Part shown: piece after piece, positions 19,329-29,959 of the stretch | How positions within the stretch are numbered: position 1 is the first letter of the stretch | How the letters are laid out: every line of letters starts with the position of its first letter | Source: a bacterium | GTDB lineage: Bacteria; Patescibacteriota; Doudnabacteria; UBA920; 2-01-FULL-46-14 | Reading direction: 5' to 3' | DNA length: 64,000 nt | NCBI GenBank assembly: GCA_030700065.1 | Contig: JAUYKH010000041.1 | Coordinates: 4,659-68,658, forward strand | Position numbers and translations under genes: made by a program | Notes under the pieces: model-generated | The model's input: only the letters and a program-made list of their open reading frames with translations | The model's database searches: none | Told to the model about the DNA's origin: nothing

Positions 19329-20829
19329 ATTTATAGGTAAAAGAATATTGATTTTTCAACAGCGAAGCTGGGGCATCGGCATTGGTCATTTTTTGGCGCA
19401 AAAACTCAAGAGAGAAGGTTGTCGTCTTGCCGCCATAACCTTTAAAAAGTCTACCCAAGATTTTGTGGCGGGTCAACGGGAGGTAGAATACGAGCTTGTA
19501 ATCAATGATGACGAGGTATTGGGGAATTCTCGAGCCTATTTGGCAGGTCAAGATTATTCCCTCGGAGAGATTTGTCGGGATTTGGGGGTGGAAACAATTT
19601 GGCCGCTCGTTCAGAGCATGAGAAATCTTGTGAGATCTTATGGAGAAAAATACTACTACAGTTTTAAGCAGAATGTTCCTGACGAAGAAATTGAGCTTTA
19701 CATCAAAGCCGTTTATAAGTATATACGAGTGATTTTTGAACAATTCAATCCCGACCTTATCCTAAGTCCAAATTTTGTCGCGCTACCTTTTATTATGATG
19801 AATCTTTACGCTGCTCGGCGGAACGTGAAAATGATTGCCGTTACCGACGCAAAAATTAAGGGTATGTTTATGTTCAGCTACAGTTACCGCGATGATGACG
19901 GCCCGCTATTTACCAGACTGGCGGAGTTAAACATCGAAAAAGAAGAAAGCCCAAATAAAGAAAGAGCCAGACAATACATCGCCGAGTTCAGGCAGAAATT
20001 CAAAAATCCCGATCACTTGAATGTCCAGGATAAACCCATCTCACCTTACAAAACTTTACGCCACGAGCTTTCGCCCTATTACCACAGTTTACTTTGGCTA
20101 ATAAAAAAACCGCGGCACGATCTTAAGAACCTTGGCGTAATTATGGACTACCGTCCTCCCCGGATCATTTTGCGCGATCATTATATGCACAAGCGGTATA
20201 AAAGGTTTGCCCAGAATTTCTCCTATTTTCCCTTTGACCGTCTTCGAAAGTTTGTGTATTTTCCTCTGCAGTTTCAGCCCGAGGCCTCGATAGACGTCAT
20301 TGCGCCGTATTTCAGCAACCAAATTGAAACAGCCCGGCTGGTTGCAATGGCCTTGCCGGATGATTATACCCTGGTCGCAAAGGATCACCCTTCGATGGTT
20401 GGTTTGCACTCCCCGGGTTATTTGGAAAAAATTGTACGAACGCCTAATGTGAAATTGATTGATCACCGTCTTGGCAGCGAACAAATTTTGAAAAAAGCCG
20501 ATTTGGTGGTTAGTCCGAACAGCACCACATTGGCAGAGGCCGCGTTTTATAACAAGCCGGCGATCCAGCTCGGGGATTTGGGAATTACTCTTTGTCTTCC
20601 AAATGTTTTTAGGCATACGGATTTTACCACCTTGTCGTCAAAGATCCGAGATGTACTGAAAATTGATTTGCACACATTAGAGTATGAGCGTCTGCTTCAA
20701 AATTTTGTGGCCGCGGTCTACGACACAGGGTTTGATTTTAACTACACCAAGGCATGGGCGAAGGGCTTGAAAGGCGGAGGGGAAGAGCTTTGGCAAATTT
20801 ATAAGAAGGAGATTGAAAGGAACTTATGA
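19321..20829 (+). CDS. KpsS-like/GT-B protein, candidate nonulosonate transferase
   Basis: YFPLQFQPEAS, KDHP, NST..EAA motifs. Confidence 0.7.
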   Translation: MDKFIGKRILIFQQRSWGIGIGHFLAQKLKREGCRLAAITFKKSTQDFVAGQREVEYELVINDDEVLGNSRAYLAGQDYSLGEICRDLGVETIWPLVQSMRNLVRSYGEKYYYSFKQNVPDEEIELYIKAVYKYIRVIFEQFNPDLILSPNFVALPFIMMNLYAARRNVKMIAVTDAKIKGMFMFSYSYRDDDGPLFTRLAELNIEKEESPNKERARQYIAEFRQKFKNPDHLNVQDKPISPYKTLRHELSPYYHSLLWLIKKPRHDLKNLGVIMDYRPPRIILRDHYMHKRYKRFAQNFSYFPFDRLRKFVYFPLQFQPEASIDVIAPYFSNQIETARLVAMALPDDYTLVAKDHPSMVGLHSPGYLEKIVRTPNVKLIDHRLGSEQILKKADLVVSPNSTTLAEAAFYNKPAIQLGDLGITLCLPNVFRHTDFTTLSSKIRDVLKIDLHTLEYERLLQNFVAAVYDTGFDFNYTKAWAKGLKGGGEELWQIYKKEIERNL

Positions 20830-22583
20830 ATACGAAAAATTCAAAAACCTATATTGGCATCAATGCTGAACCCGTGGATCCGTCAGTGGCCATAGTGCGA
20901 GACGGGAAAGTGTTGGCGTTCGCGGAAGAAGAGCGTTTTATCCGCTATAAACATGCCCTGAAGGTATACCCGATTCGGGCTTTGCGGTATTGTCTGAAGC
21001 AGACTGGCATATCCCTTCAAGATGTATCAGGCGTGGGAATTGCCTGGGACGTTGAAGCTTATTCGGACGGAAGATTGCGGGAATTTTTTGACAACATGGC
21101 TAAAACTTTGCCTGTGGACAAGGGAACTAAGGCCTGGCAGAATTACATGATCTCAACTCATAATTTCGAAGGCATCAAGAACGTCCATGTAAGGAATTGG
21201 CGGAAAATGGCCGGCGACATCAATATGCCAAAAATTCTATCATTTCCCCATCATTATACCCATGCCTTTCATGCTTATATGCAATCAGGCTTTGACAAGG
21301 CTGTTTGTCTGACAATAGACGGCTCGGGCGATAAGCACTGCACTGTGGTGTGGCGCTGTGAAGGCGACAAGATAGAACCTTTGCGCGAAATCACGATGCC
21401 CTATTCCTTGGGTTGGTTATATGGCGCGATAACCGAATATCTGGGTTTCAAATCCAAAGATGGGGAATATAAAGTGATGGGATTCGGGGCATATGGCGAA
21501 GCTGATCCGGAATTATTACGGAAGTTTGAACAGATTATCTCGGTCGCAGGGGACGGAGTGGAATACCGCCTGAATTCCCGATACATTCATTATGGCCAGC
21601 ATTCTTACTCGGATAGATTCACCGACGAGCTAGTAACTCTTTTTGGGAAACCTCCTCGCTTGCCGGACGAAGAAATCAATCATTGGCACGAAAATTTAGC
21701 TTTTGTGCTGCAAAAAAAACTGGAGGAGGCGGCAGTTCGGCTTGTGCATTGGGGGATTTCCAAAACGGGCATTCAAAACGTCTGCGTTGGCGGCGGCGTT
21801 GGGCACAATATTAAAATGAACAATGCTATTTTTGCCCTGCCGGAAGTTGAGTCGATATTCGTCCATCCCTTGTGCAGTGATTTGGGCGGCGCGGCCGGCG
21901 CAGCTTTGGCGGCTTGTTTTAATGAAACAGGCATCCGACCCGAAAAATTGGAAACCTTAGCTCTGGGACCAGAATTCTCTGACCAGGAAATTGAGGAAAT
22001 GCTAAAAATCGTCCGCGTGCCGTACGAAAAATTTGATGATATTTGCGCACCTGTCTCAAAAGAACTGGCGCGCGGCCGAGTTGTGGGGTGGTTTCAGGGC
22101 CGTATGGAAGCCGGTCCCCGCGCTTTGGGACAGCGCAGCATCTTGGCTGATCCCCGCGATGTAAAAAGTCGCGACAGAGTGAATGGAGTGGTCAAATTTA
22201 GGGAATACTGGCGGCCATTTTGTCCCTCCCTCACCTTGGAGTCCATGGAACATTACTTTGATAAGTATACAGAGGCTCCTTTTATGAATCTGGCATTTGT
22301 TGCCAATGAAAGATTAAAAAAAGAAGCGCCCGCTGTCGTGCACATTGACGGCACAGCGCGAGTGCAGACTGTCAGGCCCGACCACAATCCGCTTTTCCAC
22401 CGGCTACTCAAGACTTTTGAGAAAGAGTCAGGGGTGCCCGTGCTCCTTAATACCTCGTTTAACGTAAAAGGCGAGCCGATCGTTTGTACCCCCCAAGATG
22501 CCTTGCGCACCTTCTGGTCCACCGGACTTGACGCGCTCGCGATTGGCAGTTATTTCATTAACAAACATAACCGAAATCAATAG
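20826..22583 (+). CDS. O-carbamoyltransferase (NodU/CmcH/TobZ family)
   Basis: EEERF.RYKH, HH..HA, IDGSG, EYKVMG, GPRALGQRSILADP, KFREYWRPF, NTSFN. Confidence 0.95.
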   Translation: MNTKNSKTYIGINAEPVDPSVAIVRDGKVLAFAEEERFIRYKHALKVYPIRALRYCLKQTGISLQDVSGVGIAWDVEAYSDGRLREFFDNMAKTLPVDKGTKAWQNYMISTHNFEGIKNVHVRNWRKMAGDINMPKILSFPHHYTHAFHAYMQSGFDKAVCLTIDGSGDKHCTVVWRCEGDKIEPLREITMPYSLGWLYGAITEYLGFKSKDGEYKVMGFGAYGEADPELLRKFEQIISVAGDGVEYRLNSRYIHYGQHSYSDRFTDELVTLFGKPPRLPDEEINHWHENLAFVLQKKLEEAAVRLVHWGISKTGIQNVCVGGGVGHNIKMNNAIFALPEVESIFVHPLCSDLGGAAGAALAACFNETGIRPEKLETLALGPEFSDQEIEEMLKIVRVPYEKFDDICAPVSKELARGRVVGWFQGRMEAGPRALGQRSILADPRDVKSRDRVNGVVKFREYWRPFCPSLTLESMEHYFDKYTEAPFMNLAFVANERLKKEAPAVVHIDGTARVQTVRPDHNPLFHRLLKTFEKESGVPVLLNTSFNVKGEPIVCTPQDALRTFWSTGLDALAIGSYFINKHNRNQ

Positions 22584-22585
22584 GT

Positions 22586-23374
22586 ATGTTCGAACAAAAG
22601 CTCAACATCAGTTGCATTATCCCTACCTGCGATCGATCGGAGTATTTAAGAGAAGCATTGGATTCCGTTCTGAAGCAGACTTATGAGCCCTATGAGATAA
22701 TCGTGATAAATAACGGCAAGGATAAGGTTCACCTTTCATCAGAGTTAGCAGACAAAGTTCAGGTATACGACATTATTCCTTATGCCGGCGTGGCTCAAGC
22801 CAGAAATTTTGGGGCGAGCATGGCGACGGGTCATTACCTTGCTTTTTTGGACGATGATTGTCAGTGGGGAGAAAAATATTTGGAAAATATCGTCCCGGTT
22901 TTATTCAAAGGAATCGACTGCGTGTTGAGCGGTCAGTATGTAGTGGAAAACGGCAAGTTTAAACCGCTTCGAATCCCGGTCGGGCAGCTTCGGCAGGAAG
23001 TGTTGTTGGTCCAAAACCCCGGTGCTGGAGGCCCGAACGTTGTCATTTCAAAAGATCTTTTTTTCCGCGTTCGGGGTTATGACCCCAAACTCCCGCCGTC
23101 CGAGGATAAAGCCATGATATTGGAGGTTTTGCGAACTGGAACGGAAGTTTCCTTATTGCCGGAGAACAAGGTGATAATCGGGGTCAATGAAGGGCAAACA
23201 CTTTCGACTAATTATACAAAATTCATTGAAGGGGTTTTTCAGTTCACTCGCAAATATCGTTTTCTGATGAACCGCGAACAATATTTTTTCAATCGATGGA
23301 AGATCGCAAAATCCCGCCTGGCGAAATTATTTTGGGCGGTGCAGTATAGGGTAGCCAGATTTTTAAGGGTTTAA
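22586..23374 (+). CDS. Glycosyltransferase family 2
   Basis: SCIIPT, SVLKQT, ARNFG, AFLDDD, SED. Confidence 0.9.
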   Translation: MFEQKLNISCIIPTCDRSEYLREALDSVLKQTYEPYEIIVINNGKDKVHLSSELADKVQVYDIIPYAGVAQARNFGASMATGHYLAFLDDDCQWGEKYLENIVPVLFKGIDCVLSGQYVVENGKFKPLRIPVGQLRQEVLLVQNPGAGGPNVVISKDLFFRVRGYDPKLPPSEDKAMILEVLRTGTEVSLLPENKVIIGVNEGQTLSTNYTKFIEGVFQFTRKYRFLMNREQYFFNRWKIAKSRLAKLFWAVQYRVARFLRV

Positions 23375-23379
23375 TTTTT

Positions 23380-26130
23380 ATGGATTTTTATAGCAAAAAA
23401 TCAATCAAAATAATAGTGACCCTTGGTCCCGCCACCAGAACCGAGGCTGATTTGCGTCAAATCAAGGCGCGCGGGGTTGATTTTGTCCGCATCAATATGT
23501 CTCATTCCACCCTGGAAGATTTAAAGTATTTTATCGGTCTCGCGAAAAAAGTTGATATCCCGTTTATCATTGATACTGAAGGGTCCCAGGTGCGAACCGG
23601 TGAGTTGGCAGAAAATTCGATTGAGCTTGCTGAAAACGGCGAAGTCAAAATTTTTGCATACCCGAAGATTGGCGGGCCGCGGGAAATTGCGCTCAAACCC
23701 GCGTACATTCTACCCCTGCTCGAAAAAGGTGACATCCTGCATGTGGATTTTGAGAGTGCGATTTTGCGTGTCACAGACACTTCGACTCTTCCTCGGGGGT
23801 TTGTCCGAGCAAGAGCCATCAGCGCCGGCAGGGTTGGACGAAATAAAGCCGTAGTAATTGATTCTGTCATGCCCAAACTTCTCAATCTGCCGCCATTATC
23901 CAGCAAGGATTACGAATCAATCAGAATTGGCCTTCAGGAGGGGATAGGGCATGTGGGCGCTTCGTTTATGCGTTCAGCTGATTTTGTTGAGGAGGTACGC
24001 AAAGCAAGCCGGGACAAAATGCAGATCATTTCCAAAATTGAGTGCGTGGACGCGCTTAACAATCTTGGGGAAATTATCCAAGCGTCCGATTATTTGCTTT
24101 TGGACCGCGGTGATTTGAGCAAAGAGGTCCCGATCGAGAAAATTCCATTTTTGCAAAAACATATTATCAACGAGGCGCGCACTTTGGGCAAAGGCGTGTT
24201 TGTCGCCACAAACTTTTTGGAATCAATGGTCGCAAACAAGCGGCCGACCCGCGCGGAGGTGAGTGATGTTATAAACACAATTTTGGACGGGGTGTATGGC
24301 GTGGTGCTTTCGTCCGAGACAGCCATTGGCCGCTATCCCATCCGGAGTATCAACATGATGAACAAACTCATCGCAGAGGGGGAAGGAATGGTAGGCCATC
24401 AGGTGAATGGATTGTCAGATATTGGCCAAAGCAACCTCATACTCCCGCACGGGGGAAAACTGATTGATCGAGTTTTGAGGGAAATTCCCGAGTTTGACTT
24501 TCGCAACATGCCAAAGATTCAAATTGATGACGAGACTTATATGGATCTGGAACAAATCGCTCAAGGAACCTTTAGCCCGCTGGAGGGATTTATGTCCAAA
24601 GAGGAAGTACAAAGCGTGCTCGACCACACGCGTCTGCCAAGCGGAACCATCTGGCCTCTTCCCATTGTTTTGAGCGTTCCCAGCGAGCGAGCGGATAGCA
24701 TTGAAGCCGGACAAACAGTGGTTTTGACGGATCAGACCAGTCAGCCAGTGGCGCTACTGCACGTGGATGATAAGTACCAGTTTGGTTTGAGCGAGTTTGC
24801 GAAAAAATTATATGAAACAGAAAATTTGGAGCATCCGGGAGTTAGAAGGGTGACAAATTATCATCCTTGGTTTCTCGGCGGAAAAATTGATCTCATCAGA
24901 AGGCGGCCTTCGGATCACAAGGAATACGAGCTGACCCCGCGGCAGGCCAGACGTCTCTTTGCCGAACGCGGATGGCGGAGGATTGTCGGATTTCACACCC
25001 GAAATGTCATTCATCGCAGTCACGAGTTCATTCAACTCGCTGCCATGGACCGTGCTTCGGCTGACGGGCTTTTTGTCCATCCCGTGGTCGGCAAAAAAAA
25101 ACCGGGAGATTTTCATGCCGGATACATTATTCGAGCTTACGAAACAATGATGGAAAAATTTTATCCCAAGGACAGCGTGGTTTTGGGAACCTTCGCCACT
25201 TATTCCCGTTACGCCGGACCGCGCGAAGCGCTCTTTACGGCCATTTGCCGGCAAAATTTCGGCTGCAGTCATTTTATTGTAGGTCGGGACCATACCGGCG
25301 TAGGAAATTTTTACCATCCAAAGGCCAGTCACGAAATTTTTGACAAGTTTCCGGAACTTGAAATTATTCCTATCAGATTTGATAAAGTCTTTTATTCAAA
25401 AAAATTGCAAGACCACGTCCACGAGCCAGATGACCTGGGTCACGCGGAAGATGATAAGCTGCATATAAGCGGAACTGATGCGCGAAAACTTTTTGAAAAA
25501 GGCGAAGCCCCGCCGGAGTGGTTCATGCGCCCCGAGATTTCGCAAATAATTTTGGATGCAATAAATCAGGGCGAAGAAGTATTTGTTAAGGACGATCGGC
25601 CGAGCGGGTGCGTATTATGGTTCACGGGGCTTTCCGGTTCGGGCAAGACTACTGTCGCGGACCATTTGAAAGAAAAATTAGAGGTTAGAGGTTACACAGC
25701 GAAAATTTTGGACGGCGATGCCGTCAGGGCGACTCTACACAAAAATTTGGGTTTTACTCGCGAGGATATCAGGAAAAACAATGAAACCATAACGCGTTTA
25801 GCGAAGCAGGAGAGTCAAAAGCACGATTTTGTCTTGGTTCCGGTTATTTCTCCTTACGCAGAGGATCGGCAGATGGCGCGTGAGATAATGGGAAAGAATT
25901 TTTTTCTAGTCTATGCCGACTGTCCGCTTGAGGAATGTATTAAGCGAGACACGAAGGGTCTGTATCGGCGCGCGAGAGCGGGCGAGATCGAAAATCTTAT
26001 TGGTTTTTCAGAAACTAACCCTTATGAAGCGCCACAGGATTCTGATGTGACAATCAGCGCGCACCTGGAAAACCCCGAGCAAAGCTTAAAGAAGGTTTGG
26101 CAGTTTCTTAAAAGCAGGAGATTTGTATGA
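23380..26130 (+). CDS. Triple fusion of pyruvate kinase barrel, ATP sulfurylase (Sat) and APS kinase (CysC)
   Basis: PK: TLGPA, RINMSH, SKIE, DRGDL, ATNFLESM, PTRAEVSD, SETAIG.YP; Sat: PHGG, HTRNVIHRSHE, YAGPREA, HFIVGRDH; CysC: FTGLSGSGKTT, LDGD, RDTKGLY. Confidence 0.95.
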   Translation: MDFYSKKSIKIIVTLGPATRTEADLRQIKARGVDFVRINMSHSTLEDLKYFIGLAKKVDIPFIIDTEGSQVRTGELAENSIELAENGEVKIFAYPKIGGPREIALKPAYILPLLEKGDILHVDFESAILRVTDTSTLPRGFVRARAISAGRVGRNKAVVIDSVMPKLLNLPPLSSKDYESIRIGLQEGIGHVGASFMRSADFVEEVRKASRDKMQIISKIECVDALNNLGEIIQASDYLLLDRGDLSKEVPIEKIPFLQKHIINEARTLGKGVFVATNFLESMVANKRPTRAEVSDVINTILDGVYGVVLSSETAIGRYPIRSINMMNKLIAEGEGMVGHQVNGLSDIGQSNLILPHGGKLIDRVLREIPEFDFRNMPKIQIDDETYMDLEQIAQGTFSPLEGFMSKEEVQSVLDHTRLPSGTIWPLPIVLSVPSERADSIEAGQTVVLTDQTSQPVALLHVDDKYQFGLSEFAKKLYETENLEHPGVRRVTNYHPWFLGGKIDLIRRRPSDHKEYELTPRQARRLFAERGWRRIVGFHTRNVIHRSHEFIQLAAMDRASADGLFVHPVVGKKKPGDFHAGYIIRAYETMMEKFYPKDSVVLGTFATYSRYAGPREALFTAICRQNFGCSHFIVGRDHTGVGNFYHPKASHEIFDKFPELEIIPIRFDKVFYSKKLQDHVHEPDDLGHAEDDKLHISGTDARKLFEKGEAPPEWFMRPEISQIILDAINQGEEVFVKDDRPSGCVLWFTGLSGSGKTTVADHLKEKLEVRGYTAKILDGDAVRATLHKNLGFTREDIRKNNETITRLAKQESQKHDFVLVPVISPYAEDRQMAREIMGKNFFLVYADCPLEECIKRDTKGLYRRARAGEIENLIGFSETNPYEAPQDSDVTISAHLENPEQSLKKVWQFLKSRRFV

Positions 26131-26948
26131 TAAAATTTTGGGACGAAACCAATTTGGCGATTGAGGCGGCCAGGGCGGCTGGCAAGAAAATTTTGCAGGT
26201 GTATCAAACTGATTTCAAGACAGAACGAAAGGCTGACTATGAACCGATAACTTTGGCGGACCGGACAAGTCAAAAGACAATTCTTGAAGTTTTGGGTTCC
26301 TCTCATCTGCCGGTCCTTTCCGAAGAGCAGGAGGACGATTTATTACGTTTGAAGCAGGAACGCGTGTGGATTGTGGATCCTCTGGATGGGACAGCTGATT
26401 TCGTGGCTCGGACTGATGAATTTTGCGTAATGATTGCATTGGTAGAGAGTCAGATTTCCATACTCGGAGTAATTTATGAGCCGACTAATGATACTTTGTT
26501 TGTGGCCCAAAAGGGGGAAGGGGCGTATATCTGCAAGAATGGTCATTGGGAAAGACTGCGGGTGAGCAATGTACAGGGTCTTGACCAAATTCGGGCGGTC
26601 ATGAGCAGAAATCATTTGTTGGAAGAAGAAAAGGACATTCTGGCAAAAATAGGAGTTAAAAACTTTGTCCAAATGGGCAGTGCGGGACTGAAGGCCGCGG
26701 GGATTGCGGAAGGACGGTTTGATTTGTATTTCACGATGACAAACAAAATAAAACAATGGGATACAGCCGCGGCAAATTGTCTAATAAACGAGGCGGGCGG
26801 AAAAATAACAGATCTCGCGGGCAAAGACCTTATCTATAATATGGAAGATGTTTATCACAGAGATGGTATTTTGATGAGCAATGGAAAGATTCACGGGGAA
26901 GTGCTCAAGATTTATAGGGGTTTCAAAAATAAGCAATCAAATAATTAA
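26127..26948 (+). CDS. cysQ: PAP phosphatase / 3'(2'),5'-bisphosphate nucleotidase
   Basis: TLADR, LSEE, WIVDPLDGT, GSAGLK, WDTAA; directly follows the APS kinase. Confidence 0.9.
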   Translation: MIKFWDETNLAIEAARAAGKKILQVYQTDFKTERKADYEPITLADRTSQKTILEVLGSSHLPVLSEEQEDDLLRLKQERVWIVDPLDGTADFVARTDEFCVMIALVESQISILGVIYEPTNDTLFVAQKGEGAYICKNGHWERLRVSNVQGLDQIRAVMSRNHLLEEEKDILAKIGVKNFVQMGSAGLKAAGIAEGRFDLYFTMTNKIKQWDTAAANCLINEAGGKITDLAGKDLIYNMEDVYHRDGILMSNGKIHGEVLKIYRGFKNKQSNN

Positions 26949-26965
26949 CTTTCTAAAAATCGTTT

Positions 26966-27940
26966 ATGTTGGAACAATTCACTGACAAATTAAGAGGGAA
27001 AAGGATATTAGTCACCGGGGGTGCCGGGTTTTTGGGTTCGCACTTATGCGGAAGACTTCTCGCACATGGAGCAAAAGTGATCTGTTTTGATGATTTGAGC
27101 ACGGGGACAAGGGAAAACATTAACGAATATCTCGGTAGGGACGAATTTGCCTTCGTTACTGGCGATGCAAATAAATTTGCCGATCTTTCGAACGTTTTTG
27201 ACGCAGAGAAGATTGACTATGTTTTTCACTACGCCGCACGGGTTGGCGTAAAACGCACTACAGAACAGCCCCTCGAGGTCCTGGAAGACGTGGAAGGTAT
27301 AAAAAATGTGTTGCATCTTTCCAATAAGCATAACGTCGAAAAGGTTATCTTTTCTTCTTCGTCGGAAGTGTACGGCGAGCCGGTCGAGTTTCCAGAACGG
27401 GAGAACGGTCACGTTAACCCCAAACTCCCATATGCTTCAGTTAAACACATTGGCGAGAAATTCATGGAGTCTTACCACAAAGTCCACGGCCTGCGGACCT
27501 GTTCACTTCGCTTCTTCAATATTTATGGGCCCAAGCAAGACTCCTCGGCTTACGGTTTTGTGGTAGGGATATTTATCAAACAGGCGCTTTCTGGTGGCCC
27601 CTTGACCGTGCTCGGCGACGGGACGCAGACGCGGGATTTTGTGTTCGTGGATGACAATATCAACAGTTCCATTCTCGCCTTGCTCACGAACGCAACCGAT
27701 GGGCATGTGGTCAATATCGGCACTGGCCGTCCCATGACCATCTTGGATATGGCCGAGCTTGTAATCAAAGTCACCGGCAAAGATGTAAAGATTGAATTTT
27801 TGCCTTTCCGCGAGGGTGAAATCAGACATCGCTTCCCCGACGTGAGCAAAATGCGCAGCCTCCTGGGTTACAGGCCGATGCACACGATCGAGGAAGGCGT
27901 TCGTAAAACCATGGAGTGGTATCAGGGGCGATTATCGTAA
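26966..27940 (+). CDS. NAD-dependent nucleotide-sugar epimerase/decarboxylase
   Basis: TGGAGFLGSH, SSSEVYG, YASVK, RFFNIYGP, DGTQTRDFVFV. Confidence 0.9.
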   Translation: MLEQFTDKLRGKRILVTGGAGFLGSHLCGRLLAHGAKVICFDDLSTGTRENINEYLGRDEFAFVTGDANKFADLSNVFDAEKIDYVFHYAARVGVKRTTEQPLEVLEDVEGIKNVLHLSNKHNVEKVIFSSSSEVYGEPVEFPERENGHVNPKLPYASVKHIGEKFMESYHKVHGLRTCSLRFFNIYGPKQDSSAYGFVVGIFIKQALSGGPLTVLGDGTQTRDFVFVDDNINSSILALLTNATDGHVVNIGTGRPMTILDMAELVIKVTGKDVKIEFLPFREGEIRHRFPDVSKMRSLLGYRPMHTIEEGVRKTMEWYQGRLS

Positions 27941-27951
27941 TTTTAGAAGCC

Positions 27952-29253
27952 ATGTTATTTCGAAAGTTGAAAAATAAATTTCGCTCAAGTATTGTCCCCT
28001 TCTTTATCAAGTTGAGCGTTGCATTGAACTGGCCGCGGCTAACCGCCTGGATTTTGGTCGCGGTTGTTCAGCAGATGAACGAGGGCGGAGAATATAGCGT
28101 GCTGTGTCTGCGACGGAGTGTTTTTATGGACGATATCCAGGCAATGATTCGCTATAGTGGTCGCATTCGGTATTTTGCGATTGAGAGAATGCATTTTACC
28201 ATAATCCTCACCCATTTTTTGTCCAAGGACGAGCAGAGAGCGATTACCGAGAACAATTATCACACACATCCAATTGGGCTCGAGGGAAAAAAGAAATACT
28301 ATGAGTATCTGGGACAAGTACTTCCGATTTTACAAAAAAAGATCGGCTTTCAAGCCATTTTCTCGGGAAATTTTGGATACGTTCAGCAACAGGAGCTGAT
28401 GCAGCTTTGCAAAGACTCAAATATTCCCTTCATAGTTTTTCACAAGGAAGGGCTGATTGCCGGATTTTTTGAGGGGGCGAACGAAATGTACCAGGGACGC
28501 AAGTTCGTGGGCGATAGGTTGCTCATCTACAACGAGAAAATAACCCGGGCATTATTGGATAAAGTATCCGAGTTAACTCCGGAAAAAATCCGTTTAGTCG
28601 GGGTGCCGCGACTTGATCGTTACAAGGAGCCGTTTTACATCCCTCGACGCGCACAAATAGTTTTTTTCTCCTTTTACATAAAAAATTGGATGCCGAAAAT
28701 CATCCATGACGAAAAAAAATATGAAGCAGCCGAAGAGCGGGCATTGTCTTTTCACCGGTGGATTTTAAATTTTGCCAAAAAACATCCAGAGTTTGATGTG
28801 ATTTTAAAAACGAAGGCCGCTGATTTTTACTTGGAATACGCAAAAAAAATATTCGCCGACCCCTCACTACTGAAATTGCCGAACTTAACGGTAAGAAATT
28901 ATGGGGATCCTGTCGAACTGATCAAACAGTCGAGGGCGGTCTTGGGCTACAATTCAATGGCATTAATTGAAGCGCTCATCGCCGGTAAACCGATTTTTTC
29001 ACCTTTTTTTGGGGATTTGGCTGGTCCAGGGAAAGCTTGGGACTATTTTAGCAATTATCCGGAATTGATTAATTATATAAAAACTGAGGATGACCTGGAA
29101 ATGCTTCTTGACCTGGAACGGTTTACGCCTCACGATCAGAAGCTGGTCACGGAGTTTGTCGAGCAGTTTGCCTATCGCCCCGATGGTCAGGCGAGCTTTC
29201 GGGCGGAGCAGGAAGTAATCAACGTTATCGAGGAGTACGCCAATGCCGGTTAA
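27952..29253 (+). CDS. GT-B-like protein, candidate nonulosonate or glycerophosphate transferase
   Basis: HKEG, VGVPRLD, NSMALIEA, DGQAS.R; start set at ATG 27952. Confidence 0.55.
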   Translation: MLFRKLKNKFRSSIVPFFIKLSVALNWPRLTAWILVAVVQQMNEGGEYSVLCLRRSVFMDDIQAMIRYSGRIRYFAIERMHFTIILTHFLSKDEQRAITENNYHTHPIGLEGKKKYYEYLGQVLPILQKKIGFQAIFSGNFGYVQQQELMQLCKDSNIPFIVFHKEGLIAGFFEGANEMYQGRKFVGDRLLIYNEKITRALLDKVSELTPEKIRLVGVPRLDRYKEPFYIPRRAQIVFFSFYIKNWMPKIIHDEKKYEAAEERALSFHRWILNFAKKHPEFDVILKTKAADFYLEYAKKIFADPSLLKLPNLTVRNYGDPVELIKQSRAVLGYNSMALIEALIAGKPIFSPFFGDLAGPGKAWDYFSNYPELINYIKTEDDLEMLLDLERFTPHDQKLVTEFVEQFAYRPDGQASFRAEQEVINVIEEYANAG

Positions 29254-29959
29254 TAAAGTCAAATTTGCAGCGTTTAGCCCAGAAGTGGTAGAAATTCACG
29301 AAATGTTTCGCGCGCAGCCAGCGTCGGAGCATATCGCAAAACCGCCGACGCTTGAAGCATTATTTCAGGTGTGCCAGGCGAATGATTTAAAGCGAGTTTT
29401 GGAACTGGGCGGGGGTTTGGGGACAATTAGCCGTCTTTTGCTAAAATATTCCAACGCGCAACTTGATATTTACGAGCATGATGTCTATTTTCGGGATCGC
29501 CTGCGCGAAAATCTCGCCGAATTTACCGGTCGGTATCAAATTTTATCAGATTATAGAACACTACCTCCGCACCGCGACTACGATTTGGTTGTGGTGGACG
29601 GGGGGCATAGCCGCAAAGATGCCCCGGGCGAGGCGAGCGGTTTCAATGCCGCGATTTGGTTTTATTTGAATTATTTGCAATCAGCGCCATTAGTGTATGT
29701 CGAAGGGAAGCGCCATATTCAAAGACTTTGGGCCAGAAAAGCGATTGCCAAACGGTATATCTACTCTCTTCAGCGTTTTGCTGATACAGAATATTTAGGC
29801 GAGCTTGCAAGTGGGGGAGTTCTCATCCACAAAGTGCGAAGTGCTATCTTTCCACGGCGATTGCTCAATTTCATTTTTTGGGAAATAATCGAGGGGAATA
29901 CAGTTCGCAACCATCTATCATTTCGACTGCGGAAATTAACGGACAGGTTTAAAATATGA
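29243..29959 (+). CDS. Methyltransferase-like protein
   Basis: VLELGGGLG, YDLVVVDGG. Confidence 0.6.
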   Translation: MPVNKVKFAAFSPEVVEIHEMFRAQPASEHIAKPPTLEALFQVCQANDLKRVLELGGGLGTISRLLLKYSNAQLDIYEHDVYFRDRLRENLAEFTGRYQILSDYRTLPPHRDYDLVVVDGGHSRKDAPGEASGFNAAIWFYLNYLQSAPLVYVEGKRHIQRLWARKAIAKRYIYSLQRFADTEYLGELASGGVLIHKVRSAIFPRRLLNFIFWEIIEGNTVRNHLSFRLRKLTDRFKI

